Shown: one piece after another, positions 43,939 through 64,000 of the stretch | How the letters are laid out: the number at the start of each line of letters is the position of its first letter | How positions within the stretch are numbered: position 1 is the stretch's first letter | Source of the DNA: Phaeosaccion multiseriatum | Lineage: Eukaryota; Protista; Ochrophyta, other classes | Assembly (NCBI GenBank): GCA_965112735.1 | Contig: OZ218952.1 | Coordinates: 372,001-436,000 of the forward strand | Direction of reading: 5' to 3' | DNA length: 64,000 nt | Program-made: the position numbers and the translations under genes | The notes under the pieces: generated by a model | The model's database searches: none | Told to the model about the DNA's origin: nothing | The model's input: only the letters and a program-made list of their open reading frames with translations

Positions 43939-44428
43939 GTCCCCTCTGCGAACGTAAGTTAGCCGCCGCGTCGCCCTTCGGCGACGGGCCTCTTCTTTCC
44001 TTTCAAGCAAGGATAGGGAGGGGGCCACACGGACAACAACGCAAGGAATGCGCTCCTGTGTCCGGCTTGAGCGGCAACCAACCGACCAACCAGCCCCACC
44101 AACCAACCAACCAGAGCCCTTTCGCCAACTGCCCCCCCCTCGGGGAGGTAGGCTGTCGCCACTCCATACGATACTCGGTACTCGGTCCCTCCGCCCGCCC
44201 TCGCCGTGGGTCGCGTGTAGTTGTGAAGAACGGCAGCTGCAGAAACCTCACCCTCCTCAGACCGAGTGACAGAGTGCCAAGTGTTGCCCGTCGTGTCCCC
44301 GGAGTGGTTGGCGAGTGGAGTGGGTATCTCTTCAATGGCTTGGCCCAAGAGCATCCAACACCACACTGCTCCATCCTTGCTCAGGCCCGAGGAGGCATGC
44401 GTTTGATCGTGTGAGGCCACAAGGTCAC

Positions 44429-44463
<35 letters not shown>

Positions 44464-44656
44464 TGCCTGCCCGCTAACTGTTTGCGGTACAAACATACAC
44501 AAGAAGGTCACGCTTGTCTACGTCCCTTTTGTGCTTGAGCTGGCGCCTTTCAGCCCAACACCGCCACGACGCACGGCTCCAGTAAAATAAACTGCTCCTC
44601 CGGCTCCTAGAAGCTGCTCCTACATCTCAATGGTGCTAGTCTATATCGTGCCACAG

Positions 44657-45056
44657 TTAGTCTGCTTTGAGACCTGGCTGCTGTCTCTTGCTCTTGTCCT
44701 CGATCTTGCCTGCTGCGTGCACCCCCTCAACTTCATCCTCGAGCACTACCCCAATGGCTTCCAAATCTCTGCGGATATCTAGTCGCAGGAATCGGTACCA
44801 CAGAAAGGACACTGGGATTGTTGCCAGATGCCACAGCGCGTGGGCGTCCAACAGGCCAAGTAGGGGTGGAAAGTCCAGCAGCTGAAGGGGGTGGGGTGGA
44901 GAGAGCGCACAGGCAGGGTAAGGTTGAGGCGTATTGTGGGATCGAGGAAAGAGGAAGTCAGGGAGGGGGAGGGAGAGGGAGAGACCGACAGGAGATAAGA
45001 GAGAGAGGAACATGGAGACGGAGAGGGAGAGGAAGAGGAAGAGGAAGAGGAAGAGG

Positions 45057-45094
<38 letters not shown>

Positions 45095-45250
45095 GAGAGA
45101 ACAGAGAGAAGCTCCAGGAGGGGGGCGTTGGAGCTTCACCCACAATCGCCATTTGTGGCCAGCCTTCAGAGCCCAAATCTCTCTTGGACCCAAATAAGAT
45201 TCACACGACATACCCACACAATTCCACACACACACACACACACCACACAA

Positions 45251-45313
<63 letters not shown>

Positions 45314-46091
45314 ACACAACCACACACATACACACACACACGACCAGACCATCCTCCCCGGGGGGCATGGCCTGTCCTCCTGCCATGTTCCCTTCCATGT
45401 TAGCTACCTCGAGGGAGAGAGCGACATTGACGGCCAACAGCAACTTTGCCCCCAGGGCGACAATGCGAGGCCGATCCCTGCGCACACTGAACAAGTAGAC
45501 GCTCCAAGTGAGAGTGTGCAGCACACCCAAGACCAATGCAACCTTCATATTGTAACCATAATCGAAGGTAACCGTCCACATCCAGTGCACGTGATAGAGC
45601 CAGAGGCCTCCAAGACATAGACCCGATGCCACCAGAGCGATCCAGAGTGTCACCACACGAACCGTGTCCCAAATGAGTCGCTCTCCTTGGGTCGCCACGC
45701 CTCCTGAATTGATGAAGGTGGTCGGGCAGAAGGTGGCGAGGCTGAAGTAGAAGGAAGGGAGGCGGTTCGGTGCCAAGAGCCGCACGAGGGCCAACCACAG
45801 CCCTGTGCGGGGGGAGGGGTGGGGGGGAGAGGGGAGGAGGGGGGGAGGAGGGAGGGGAGGGGAGGGGAAAAGAGGGAAGGGGAGGGGGGGAGGGGAGGGG
45901 GAGACGAATAAGAAGCAAGGGTGAAGAGAGGACAAGGTTGTGTCAGTGGTCAAGTCAAGTACATTCGGGCCTTAAAAACCACATGCACTGAGCATTTCAT
46001 ACACTTCACACACACACACGCACACATGCACACACATACACACACATACACACATAAACACATACATACACACACATGCACACACGCGCGC

Positions 46092-46190
<99 letters not shown>

Positions 46191-49100
46191 GGAGTACTTA
46201 AGAGTACGAACGCACCCATGACAATTGTGAGGTCGGCGCTGAAATAGTCGGCCTGGAGAGGAGGACGAGAGGAGGGGAGGAGGGGAGGTGAGAGGAGGAA
46301 AGGAGCGATAGAAGCGACGGGAGGACAGGGGGAGAGGAGTAGAGGAGTAGAGGAGTAGAGGAGGAGAGGAGGAGAAGAGGGGGCGACAGATGGAGGCAGA
46401 GGCGGGAGAGCACCGCGTCAGTCGTGTAGAGACAGCACCGTCAAGCTTCGCCGCCGGAGAGAGCAGAATGATAAGCCTAAGCCTAAGCAGTAGAGAAGCA
46501 GAAGAGTCTGGGGGAGTAGCAGCGCTATGGATTGCAGACAAGCTAGCCCTACATCCTCCTATCTTCCCCACCTCTCCCCCATGTCGCTCTCCATCTCTCT
46601 GTCTCCCTCTCTATACCCCTCCCTCCCTATCTCTCTCCCTCTATCCCTTCTCTCTCTCCCTCTCTATGCCCCTCCCTCCCTATCTCTCTCCCTCTATCCC
46701 TTCTCTCTCTCCCTCTCTATGCCCCTCCCTCCCTATCTCTCTCCCTCTATCCCTTCTCTCTCTCCCTCTCTATCCCCTTCCCTCCCTATCTCTCTCCCTC
46801 TATCCCTTCTCTCTCTCCCCTCCCTCCCTATCTCGCTCCCTCTACCTCTTCTCTCTCTCCCTCTCTATCCCCCTCCCTTCCTATCTCTCTCCCTCTCTAT
46901 CCCCCTCCCTCCCTATCTCTCTCCCTCTATCTCTTCTCTCTCACCCTCTCTATACCCCTCCCACCCTATCTCTCTCCCTCTATCCCTTCTCTCTCTCCCT
47001 CTCTATACCCCTCCCTCCCTATCTCTCTCCCTCTACCTCTTCTCTCTCTCCCTCTCTATCCCCCTCCCTCCCTATCTCTCTCCCTCTATCTCTTCTCTCT
47101 CTCCCTCTCTATACCCCTCCCACCCTATCTCTCTCCCTCTACCTCTTCTCTCTCTCCCTCTTATCTCCTCTCTCTCTCTCTCCCTCTCTGCCCGCCCCAC
47201 TCACCGCCTCGGTAAGCCTCGTCGATCTCGTGTGATACACCACCGCAAGAGCCCAAGCGACGGCGTTCACCGCCGCATACATGAGCACCCAGGGCCGCAG
47301 GAGATGCGGAGATGGAGCCGCTGCGGCTCTACGGGCCACGCTGGACAGTAGGAGGAAGTGGGGGGCGGCTTGAGGGGGGAAGGAAGGGGGAGGGGGGAGG
47401 GAGGGGGGGGGGGGAGGGTGAGACGCAAGGGACTTCTTCTGGTGGGCGCTTTGTAGTGACGCTGATGACTTGGAGAGTGAGAGGGAGAGAGAGAGAGAAG
47501 GGAGGGAGGGAGGGAGGAAGAGATGGAGGGAGAGATGGAGGGAGAGAGAGAGAAAGACAGAAAGAGGGAGGGAGAGATGGAGGGAGAGAGAGAGAGAGAG
47601 AGAGAGGGAGGGAGGGAGGGAGGGAGGGAGGGAGGGAGGGAGGGAGAGAGAGATGGAGGGAGAGAGAAAAAAAGCGAGACAGCGGGAGGGAGGAAGGTAG
47701 GGAGGGAGGGAGGGAGGGAGGGAGGGAGGGAGGGAGGGAGGGAGGGAGGGAGGGAGGGAGGGAGGGAGGGAGGGAGGGAGGGAGGGAGAGAGAGATGGAG
47801 AGAGAGAGAGGGAGGGAGGGAGGGAGGGAGGGAGGGAGGGAGGGAGGGAGGGAGGGAGGTTGGGAGAGAGGGAGGGAGGGAGGTTGGGAGAGAGAGACAT
47901 GGAGCGAGAGGGGGGGGGAGGGAGGGAGGGAGGGACGGAGGGAAAGAGAGACAAATAAAGAGAGACTGGCTCAGTGTGGAAGCTCGCACACTGAAGATAA
48001 GGGACCCCCCGAGCGACACACCTGCCCAGTGCCTCGCCCACCCACACACTCACTCACTCACTCACTCCCGCACTAGCTCAGCCATCCATCCACTCACTCA
48101 CTCCCGCACTAGCTCAGCCATCCATCCACTCACTCACTCCCGCACTAGCTCAGCCATCCATCCACTCACTCACTCCCGCACTAGCTCAGCCATCTATCCA
48201 CTCACTCACTCCCTCACTAGCTCAGCCATCCATCCAATCACTCACTCCCGCACTAGCTCAGCCATCCATCCACTCACTCACTCCCGCACTAGCTCAGCCA
48301 TCCATCCACTCACTCACTCCCGCACTAGCTCAGCCATCCATCCACTCACTCACTCCCGCACTAGCTCAGCCATCCATCCACTCACTCACTCCCGCACTAG
48401 CTCAGCCATCCATCCATCCACTCACTCCCGCACTAGCTCAGCCATCCATCCATCCACTCACTCAGCCACCCACTCACTCACTCCCACACTCTCTCACTTA
48501 CCATTGGCGATCGAGAAGAGGGCGGAGAAGAGCTGCGTGCAAAAGACGAAATGACAGATCAAAGAAAAGGGCACAGGGATATAGGAGAGAGAGAAGAGGC
48601 GCGAAGGTGGTTAAGGCCGAGGTGAGGTGGGCAGAAGCCTTACTAACGCACACCCACAGGCTCTTCAATGAAGAGCAGGAGAGGGAGAGGGACGGCGATG
48701 AGCGGGGGCCAGGTACCTCCTTTCCGAGTACGAGCATGCGCTGTCCTGTCCTTACTTCTGTAACGCCGGCCACGCGGACGAAGGGCCACTTGCCGTGGTA
48801 TTGCTCCACCGGCAGCCCTTGCTCCAGCTTAGAGGCGGTGTCCTGCTGCTGGCAGGTGTAGTCGCAGTCGGACTCGCAGTCCCTGCTCGACATGCATCGG
48901 ATGAAGAGGAGGAAAGAAAGGGGAAGGCACGGGGAGAGGCAGGTGGGTCGGGGGATAGATATGTGAGGGACGGGGGATGCAGGCGAGAGAGAGAAGCACA
49001 CCCTTGCAAGAGACAGTACACCTTCCACACACACATTTTCCCGCCTTTCCCCCGAAAACCTTTCCCACCCCCACTTACCATCCTAGGAGGCGCAAAAGAG

Positions 49101-49475
49101 CCGTGGAGGAGTGCCAGCTGTTGGCAGATGGCCATTGCTGGAGAGGTGGAATGGAGATACGGGAAAGAGGGGTGAACAAGAGGGCCCCACACTCCTATGT
49201 GTGGATACCCTTGTGAAGACATTTGATAAAATCTGAGGTGAGAAGAGAGAAAGTACCAAAGGGGAGAAGCAACAAGCCAGCAGCTGAGGTGCACCATGCG
49301 GAGATGGGCTACAACGTACCTGCTTGGAAGCTTCATCTCTGCATGAACTCGTTAAGATGCATTTCCACACGCAGGATCGAAAGCCCAAACTAGCATCTCC
49401 AGTTGATGCGTGCGATGTGGTGGCGAGAAGCAGCAAGACGAGCAAGGTGGCGAGGACTACATGCGCCTCCCGCAT
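44657..49475 (-). CDS. PGAP3: PGAP3/PER1 GPI lipid-remodelling protein (CREST family), spliced
   Basis: Signal peptide followed by [19 protein letters not shown]|[70 protein letters not shown]. Confidence 0.92.
46595..47160. repeat. CT-rich degenerate minisatellite in a PGAP3 intron
   Basis: Recurrent CTCCCTATCTCTCTCCCTCTAT units. Confidence 0.8.
48054..48465. repeat. 36-bp minisatellite, about 11 head-to-tail copies, in a PGAP3 intron
   Basis: Unit CACTCACTCACTCCCGCACTAGCTCAGCCATCCATC, with no spacers. Confidence 0.95.
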
Positions 49476-50116
49476 CCTCGACCGCAGGTCGTGTTGTTTT
49501 GCCTTATGTATATGTCCTTGTTGAAAGGATCCCCGAAAGCGGGAATCAGACGCCATCGTCGTCATTTGTGTTCTGGCGCACCAACACACTTGCTGATTGG
49601 GTCCAAAATTCAAAATTCCATTATGCCCGTCTTTTCGACCCCTGACACGCTATCCGCTATCCGCTATCGCCGGCGCCAGCTATCCGCTATCGCCGGCGCC
49701 AGCCGGCTTTGGGGGGCGCTATCGAGAAAGTGGGCGATAGCGTGTCAGGGGTCGAGTCTTTGTCTTTTTGTGGTTCTTTCTGCCTGGCCAGCAAAGCTCT
49801 CTACAGGCTCACAGGCGGGTACCCCCCAAGTCTTTGTCCGGCTGTGGTCGTGTTACTGTCCCACCCTGGCGTGCTCGCTTGCAGGCTGGTGCTTCTGCAG
49901 CTGTTTCTGGTGTTTCTGCCGCTGTTTCTGGTGCTTCTGCAGCTGTTTCTGGTTGGTGCTGTTGGGGCTGCTAGTCCCCTCTCCCTCCCTCAAAACTATT
50001 TGATTCCTTTAGCAACGATGTCATCATCGACCAATAGAAGTAAGTGGTCTTGGGAAGACTTTGAAAAAAAGCACCTGCTGCCCACGACGCAAAGCAAGTC
50101 TTGGCAAAAAGTGCCC

Positions 50117-50285
50117 CTCACTGCCTCACTGCCTCACTGCCTCACTGCCTCACTGCCTCACTGCCTCACTACCTCACTGCCTCTCTGCCTCACTGCCTCA
50201 CTGCCTCACTGCCTCACTGCCTCACTGCCTCACTGCCTCAATGCCTCACTGCCTCACTGCCTCACTGCCTCACTGCCTCACTGCC
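50117..50285. repeat. (CTCACTGC)n octanucleotide repeat just 3' of USP5
   Basis: About 20 copies read directly. Confidence 0.93.
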
Positions 50286-50327
50286 CCACTACCCCACGGC
50301 ACCACTCATCCCCTCCCTCTCATCCCC

Positions 50328-57345
<7,018 letters not shown>

Positions 57346-57857
57346 GACTCTGGTGTTTACCTTCCTGGGTTCAGAGTCGCGGCGTTCCCTTTATTTTATT
57401 CACCCTTCACTCCTCCCTTCTACCTCTGTTGCTGATGTAACCCTTAGTGTTATTAAACACCCTACTGCTCCTACAAGTCCTAGCAGCTGAGCGAGAAAAG
57501 GCAATAAGGGAGAACGGGCAAGGGACGGCGGAGACAGCCGATAGGATGGTGGCCTACGGCGGCCTCCCTGACTTACTCCCCTCCCCAGCTCGTTCACTTA
57601 CTCTTGCTCTCCCCTCTCTCTCTCTCTCGCTCTTTAGCTGACGGCAGTTCTTATTACAGGAGTGCCTCTTCACAAGTGGCAGACGTCCATGGGGAAGCGG
57701 CTGAGTATCTGCGAATCAAAGAGAGAGCAGGGACAAAGGGATCAATTTTACCAACGGCCGCTTCCTCCATAGTCTTGCTGCGGTCGCTGAGCAGCGATCC
57801 GTTGCAGCAGGAGCAGCTAGAGCAGGATCACTGGCTCTCACCATCTTTATCATCATA

Positions 57858-57893
<36 letters not shown>

Positions 57894-57918
57894 GGCCTGA
57901 GGAGGTGTAGAGTGTGCG
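57346..57918. promoter_or_regulatory. Probable bidirectional promoter between USP5 and PIBF1
   Basis: Head-to-head start codons with 573 bp between them. No specific sites identified. Confidence 0.5.
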
Positions 57919-59260
57919 ATGGCTGACGAGGAGAAGCAGGGCTCCCTTCAAGAGCTTTCCGAGGAGAAGGAGCAGCAGCAGGAGCAGCAGCAGCAGCAGC
58001 AGCAGCAGGAACAGCAGGAGAGGGAGGAGGGAGAGGTGGAGGACCAAATACGAGAGTTGTCGGAGCAGCTCAACCTCAGCGACGTCGGAGCAGCACCTGG
58101 TGTGCCGCAAGCAGGGGCCGCCGAGGAAAAAGAAGATGAGGGTGTTAGTCCGGTGAGTGCGGGGGGAGGCAGTAGCACTCACGACGACGCTTCAGGCCCT
58201 TCAGCGTCTCCAGCTTCTGCAGGAGCTAAAGATGACAAGAACAGCAGTGGTGGTAGCAGCAGCAGCAGCAGCAGCAGCAGTGCTCTCCTCTACAGCACGC
58301 CCTGGAGTGGGGGGAGGAGCAAGAGAAGAAGGAGGAGAAGCGACGGAGATGACGACGACGACGATGATGTGGCGACAGAAGAAGAAGCGCAAAGGCGACG
58401 TAACAATAACCACAACACCAGTGACCCCTCCTGGCTGCTGCGCGGCACCGCGGAAGGCAGCAACAACCACCACCATAACAACAACAACAGCAGCAGCAGC
58501 AACAGTAGCAGCAGCCCCTCCTTCGACCTCTTTGGCGGGTCGTCGGTGTCCTCCGAGAGCGTGCAGCTGTCCATGATCCTGCCCCAAGAGGAGGGTCTGG
58601 TCGGGCTTGGAGGACACGGGGAGGGCGAGGCAGCGCTCATGATGCAGGCCACAGCTACTTTGGCGGCCGCCGCTCAGATGCAAGCAGGTACATGCACCAC
58701 CCTCCCCTCCCCCCTGTGACTTTTGGTTGATCCAAGACACGCGCTGCCCACCTTCACCGCGACCCTCCTGTGCTCCAAAAATAGCTTGGAAAGCCTTGGA
58801 CGTGCTGCCTCTTATCCGCCTCTTCTTCCTCCACCCCTCTGCGGGGTCCCTCCGTCCCTGTCTTCAAGCATCATCTCACCATCTCACACATGCCTCCCCC
58901 TCCTCCTCCTTCTTCTTCTTCTTCTTCTTCTTCTTCTTCTTCTTCTCCTTCTCCTCCCCCCTTCCTCCTCGTTCTCCTCCTCCCCCTCCCCCCCTCCTCC
59001 CTCCTCCTCCTCTTCTCCCTGCTCTATCTCCAGCAGGGGGGGGGGGTCTGGGAGGTATGGTGACTCTCGACGGTCGCACTGTCCAGCAGCGCCTGAGGGA
59101 GATGAGTGACGAGCTCAAGGACCTGGAACGTTCCAAGACCATTCTTCAAACGGAGCTCCTGTACGAGAAGCAGAGGTGAGTTTAATCCACCCACCCCGCC
59201 AGCAGGAGGAAGGAGGAGGCGGTGACGGCGGCGGAGGAGGAGGAGGAGGAGGAGGTTTCG

Positions 59261-59291
<31 letters not shown>

Positions 59292-59821
59292 GAGAGAGAA
59301 TGGACTCACCGCATTGCCCTGTCGTCGTACTGTCGTTCCATCCCTCCTCATTGTGTCGTCACGCCCCCGCCCCTTCCCCTCCTCTGACACCTCCCCTCCC
59401 CACCCCTCCCTCCCACCGCCCTACGACTCCCATCCACTGCCATCCTTCTCTCCCCCTCGGTCCCGCAGTCGGGAGGAGGTAGAGCTGAAACTGGAGAAGC
59501 GTTGGCTACAGCAGGTGTGTGTGTCCTCCTCCTCTCTACTCTGAAAATCGACGTTCTCTACTCTGGAAATCGACGTCTGCCCTGTCTTTCTAGTCCCTTC
59601 TTGCGTGGTCCACCCCGAAGCTGCCGCCGCGTAAGTCAGCAATGCGACCGACGTGACGTGATTGCCCTTTGCCCTCTACTCTTTGTCTGGGTCGATTCCG
59701 CCCCCCGCTCTTCTCTTTCCTCCCCCGTCCACTGCCATCCCCCCTCTCCTCTCCCATCCACCCCCATCTTCCTCCTCACCCCCTTCTACTATATCAATAC
59801 ACACACACATATATATATATG

Positions 59822-59870
<49 letters not shown>

Positions 59871-61317
59871 TACTCATGTATATTCCCGTCAGGTGGCCCA
59901 TCTCCGGCACTCTCTGGAGCTTGCCGACACCGAGCGAGAAGAAGCATTGCAACGGCTGAGCAGTGCCAAGGAGGGCTTCGATGAGGGGTGCCTCACCATC
60001 AGCGACGCACTCGCCACAGAGCTCATGGTGAGGGGTAGGGGCAGGTGTACTGAAACTGAAACTGTAGGAGGAGGGCTCTCTCTCTCCCCTCATGTGGGGC
60101 GTGTGTGTTTGTGTGTGTGGCTTGCTCGGTGTTCTCAACTCCTTCCCTCCCTTCCCATACACCCCTCTACCCTTCCCCCTCCCTCCCTCCTTCCCTCCCT
60201 CCCTCCCTCCCTCCTTCCCTCCCTCAACGCTTTCTCAAACATTCAACTCCAATGAACAGCGCACCCCGGAGGAGGAGTTAACCGTGAAGGAGTACGTAGG
60301 TCTGAAGGTGTACGCCAACACCTCGCAGCTGAAGCACCAACTGGAGGAGGTCCGGAGGGACCTGCAACAGACGCGCGCACAGCTGCTCAGCACGACAGAG
60401 GGGGCAGAGATGCAGGCCAGAGAGCACGCAAGGGCACAAAGGCTTGGAGCGGCGAGAGAGGAGGGGTTAGGGGTGGAGCTCGAGGCTCTAAAGAATGCGG
60501 TGAGTAGAGGAATATGGGAGGTGCGGGGGGGGGGGGAGGGATGAGCCCTCTCACCCCTCTCGAGCTGTGAATCCAATCACCAACACGCACAGAAGACCTC
60601 TCCCTCCGTCCTTCCCCCCCCTAGCAGTACCTTGAGTATGTGTGGGAGTGAGTGGGAGTGCGAGCCCCTTCCCTGAGCCCCGCTCTCCCTCCCCCCTCTC
60701 TCTGCGTGCCTGCCTCCCACCCTCCCTCCCTCCCTACCTACCTCCGTCAACAGAACCGAGACCTGGAAGTGAGGGCGAGAGACGCGGAGAGGCTGTGCGA
60801 AGAGCTCCGCACCAAAGGTAAGGGGAGAGGTGTATCGCCCACCCCCCCTCCCTCACCCACCCACTCACCTCCCCTCCCGTCCCCCTCCCCCTCCCTCTCC
60901 TTCCTCTATTCCTCCCTCTGTATCACCAACTCCCTCAGGTCGTCAATACGACACGATGGAATCGCGTGCCCTTACTGCAGAGAGAGATGTAGAGGCGGCT
61001 CGGGCCCTTGTGGACAGGCAGGCGAGGACTGTGGAGGACCTGGCAGAGGGAGACAAGGTAGATGAGAGGAGGAGGAAGAGAGAGGGGAGGGGGGGGGGGC
61101 AAGGAGGAGGAGGAGGAGGAGGAGGAGGAGGAGGAGGAGGAGGAGGGAGGGAGGGAGGGAGGGAGGGAGGGGGACGAGGAGGAGGAGGGAGACAAGGTGT
61201 GGCACACGTGGCATGTAGCGTACTTGCAGGGGGGTAAAGTTGTGATTTGCCGCCTTCTCGGAGGATCGTCAGCGGATGGATGGCAATGGATGGACGAAGG
61301 GATGGGGAGCACGCAAA

Positions 61318-61365
<48 letters not shown>

Positions 61366-64000
61366 AGTGATTTGAAGGTCTTGCGTGTGCATGTGCGTGT
61401 TTGTGTGTGCTCAGGTAATGAAGAAGAGGCTGGGGGAGGTGGAGCAGCAACTGTCGATGATGCAGCTCGACAAAACGTACCTCACCAGGGAGCTCTCAGA
61501 CACAGGGGCCAAGGCGGACAGGTAAGGGAGTGGGGAGCTGGCTTGTGGATTGGGTGGCTGACTGACTGACTGACTTACTGAGTGGCGGGCTGACTGGCTG
61601 ACTGACTGGCTGACTGACTGACTGACTGGCTGACTGACTGACTGACTGACTGACTTACTGAGTGGTGGGCTGGCTGACTGACTGACTGACTCACTGACTG
61701 ACTGACTGACTTACTGAGTGGCGGGCTGACTGGCTGACTGACTGACTGGCTGGCTGACTGACTGACTGACTGACTGGCTGACTGACTGACTGACTTACTG
61801 ATTGGCGGGCTGACTGGCTGACTGAGTGGCTGGCTGACAGTAGCAGCAGCAGAGTCCTCATCACCACCTCTCTTTGTTGGCCTCCCTCACGTGCTCTCAC
61901 CCCTTTACATCACAGACTGGAGAAGGAGGTAGAGGAGAGGCAGCAGAAGGTGCGTCCGTCTGTCGCGTCTGTGGGAAAGGGAAGGCAGAGAGGGGGAGGC
62001 AAAGGAAACCCTCCTTCCTCAAAGACACGTCTCATATGTATGTCTTTCTTCAGTCGCCTTGTTTTTTTGCCCCTTTCCCCTGGACACTGACACATGAATG
62101 CACTGCCCTGCGTTGCCCGGCACTGCTCTGAATGTACAGATCCGCGAACTGAAGGCCTTGCGTGACTCGCTGCACGAGGAGCTACGCGAGTGTCGAGAGA
62201 GTGCCCGTTCGGACTTTGACGGGAAGCTCAGCCAGGAAGTGGCGAGGATCAGCAACCAGAGCAACAAGGAACTGGTGAGAGATGCATAGCATGTTGTATA
62301 GTATATATATATATATGTGTGTGTGTGTATTATGTGTTTGTGTGTATATGGAGGGAGGAGAGAGAAGGTGGGATGAGTAGTGTGATGAGGACGAACCAAA
62401 TGGAAACACTATGCTCTCTGTTTGCTGAAGAGGAGGAGGAGGAGGAGAGAAAGTTCCGTTTTTGTTTTTTTTTGCTTCGACGAGCCCGATTCACACTCCC
62501 TCAAAGTCTCTCTCGTCTGCCTCCCGCACCTCTCCCCCCCGGCCTCTTGCCTCTCTCTCTCACTGGATGCCTCTCTCTCTCACTGCATGGCTCTCTCTCT
62601 CTCACTGCATGCCTCTCTCTCTCTCTCTCTGGATGCACACACAGGCCGAGATCCGCGTGAGCAGCAGAGAGGTGTACGAGAGAGAGAACAGGGTGCTGCG
62701 AGAGGGTCGCCAGGAGGCACTGGCAGAGACGCAGAGGTTGAGGGAGCAGCTCGCCAGCCTCTCCTCTTCGCATGAGGACCTTATTATGCGAGTCGCTAAG
62801 GTAAAATGGGTGTTCGATTTTGGTGTTGGATATGTTCCATATTGTTGGTTTGGTCGATTTCGTCCTTCTTCCTGTTCGATTTTCGATATTTGTTGACCTG
62901 CCCTCCTCTCGCATGAGAGTGGCTAAGGTAGGGTGGGGTAGGGTAGGGTGGGGTGGGGTGGGGTGAGGCGGGGTGGGGTGGGGCAGTGGCTCGGAAGTGC
63001 GTGGTGCATCTCTTGCTTATCGGTCCGGGCTCACTCGACAGCCACTCGCCTCACCCGGCTGTCTATCTATCTGTCTGCCTTTCTGCTTGTCTTTCTGTCT
63101 GCCTGTCTGTCTTCGTACATACCTTGTCTTGTTTTACCCACCCACCTACCCTACCCACCCACCCACCCACCCACCTACCCTAACCTACCCACCCCACCCA
63201 CCCACCTACCCTAACCTACCCTACCCACCCACCCACCTACCCTACCTACCCACCTACCCACCTACCCTACCCACCTACCCACCTACTCTACCCACCTACC
63301 CACCCACCTACCCTACCCTACCCACCCCACCCCACAACAGACGGAGGCTGCTCACGAGTCCGCGATGGGTGAGGTGCGATCAGAACTTCGCGTCAAGACC
63401 TTTGAACTGAGCCAGTTGGGGGTGTCGTTGGAGACGAGCAGCAGCAGCATGAGGAAGACAAAGCTTGAGGCAGACATGCTCAGGGAACAAGTCGAGGTGA
63501 GTTGATCACGCACTCACACACACACTTTCTTTGGCCGTCTGCCTTCGGCTGCACCCCCCCCCCCGCCGCGCATGGCTGTTGCTTGCATGCCTGCTAGCTT
63601 TCTTTGCTTGCTGGCTTCGCCTCCTTGCTTGCTTGCTTGCTTGCTTGTTGGCTTGCTGACTCCTTGCTTTGCTCACTTGCGTCCTTTACTTCCCCCGTTA
63701 CTTTCCTTTGCCTTCTTTTCCCTTTCCTTCTCTTCCCTTCGTGCTTCCTTTCCTCTCTTCGCTTCCTCCTTTGTTCCTTCCCTTCCCTTCCCTTCTCTTC
63801 TCTTCTCTTCGCTTCGCCACCTCCCCTCCAGGCCCACCGTGTGGAGTTCCTCAAGCTTCAAGCCGCCTCGGACAGGCAGCTTAGCGAGTTGCAAATCACA
63901 CTCGAGCACGAGAGAGCAAAGGTCAAGACCTTTGAGGAGCTCGAGTTGGAGCTGGACAGCGCTGTGGTCAGGGCAGGCCAGCACCTGGGGGAGGAGGGGG
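57919..64000 (+). CDS. PIBF1: PIBF1/CEP90-like centriolar coiled-coil protein, spliced, 3'-truncated by the window
   Basis: LTVKEYVGLKVY, QLDKTYL, SREVYERENRVLREGRQEA, ELRVKTFEL and KTFEELELELD match PIBF1 signatures as recalled. Low-complexity first exon; start codon inferred. Confidence 0.8.

Noticed and set aside
48054-48465. 36-bp repeat array as a CRISPR
   Set aside because: Units are head-to-tail with no unique spacers, the array is intronic in a eukaryotic gene, and no cas genes are present.

Overview
Eukaryotic DNA with GT-AG introns, many of them filled with microsatellites. A protist or alga with centrioles is plausible, but the taxon cannot be proven from the window. Bases 1-26624 (+) hold the 3' part of one giant spliced type I polyketide synthase. 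Eight introns join in phase into at least about 8,490 codons once a single extra C at 14411-14414 is removed. Domain order: KS(end)-AT-DH-ER-KR0-ACP-ACP-ACP-ECH1-ECH2-HMGS-KS*-ACP-KS-AT-DH-ER-KR-ACP-KS-AT-DH0-ER-KR-ACP-[three membrane/beta-helix repeats like the Pls/PosA C-terminus]. A beta-branching cassette (tandem ACPs, ECH1, ECH2 and a eukaryotic-type HMG-CoA synthase) is therefore fused in cis, and the line ends in a membrane polymerase-like domain rather than a thioesterase. This is the candidate novel system. Downstream are a MOV10/SDE3-like RNA helicase (-), a decayed piggyBac-like transposon with TTAA ends and apparent introns, PGAP3/PER1 (-), USP5/UBP14 (-) and a divergently transcribed PIBF1/CEP90 homologue (+) that runs off the window. 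All family assignments come from motif recognition by eye; no searches were run.
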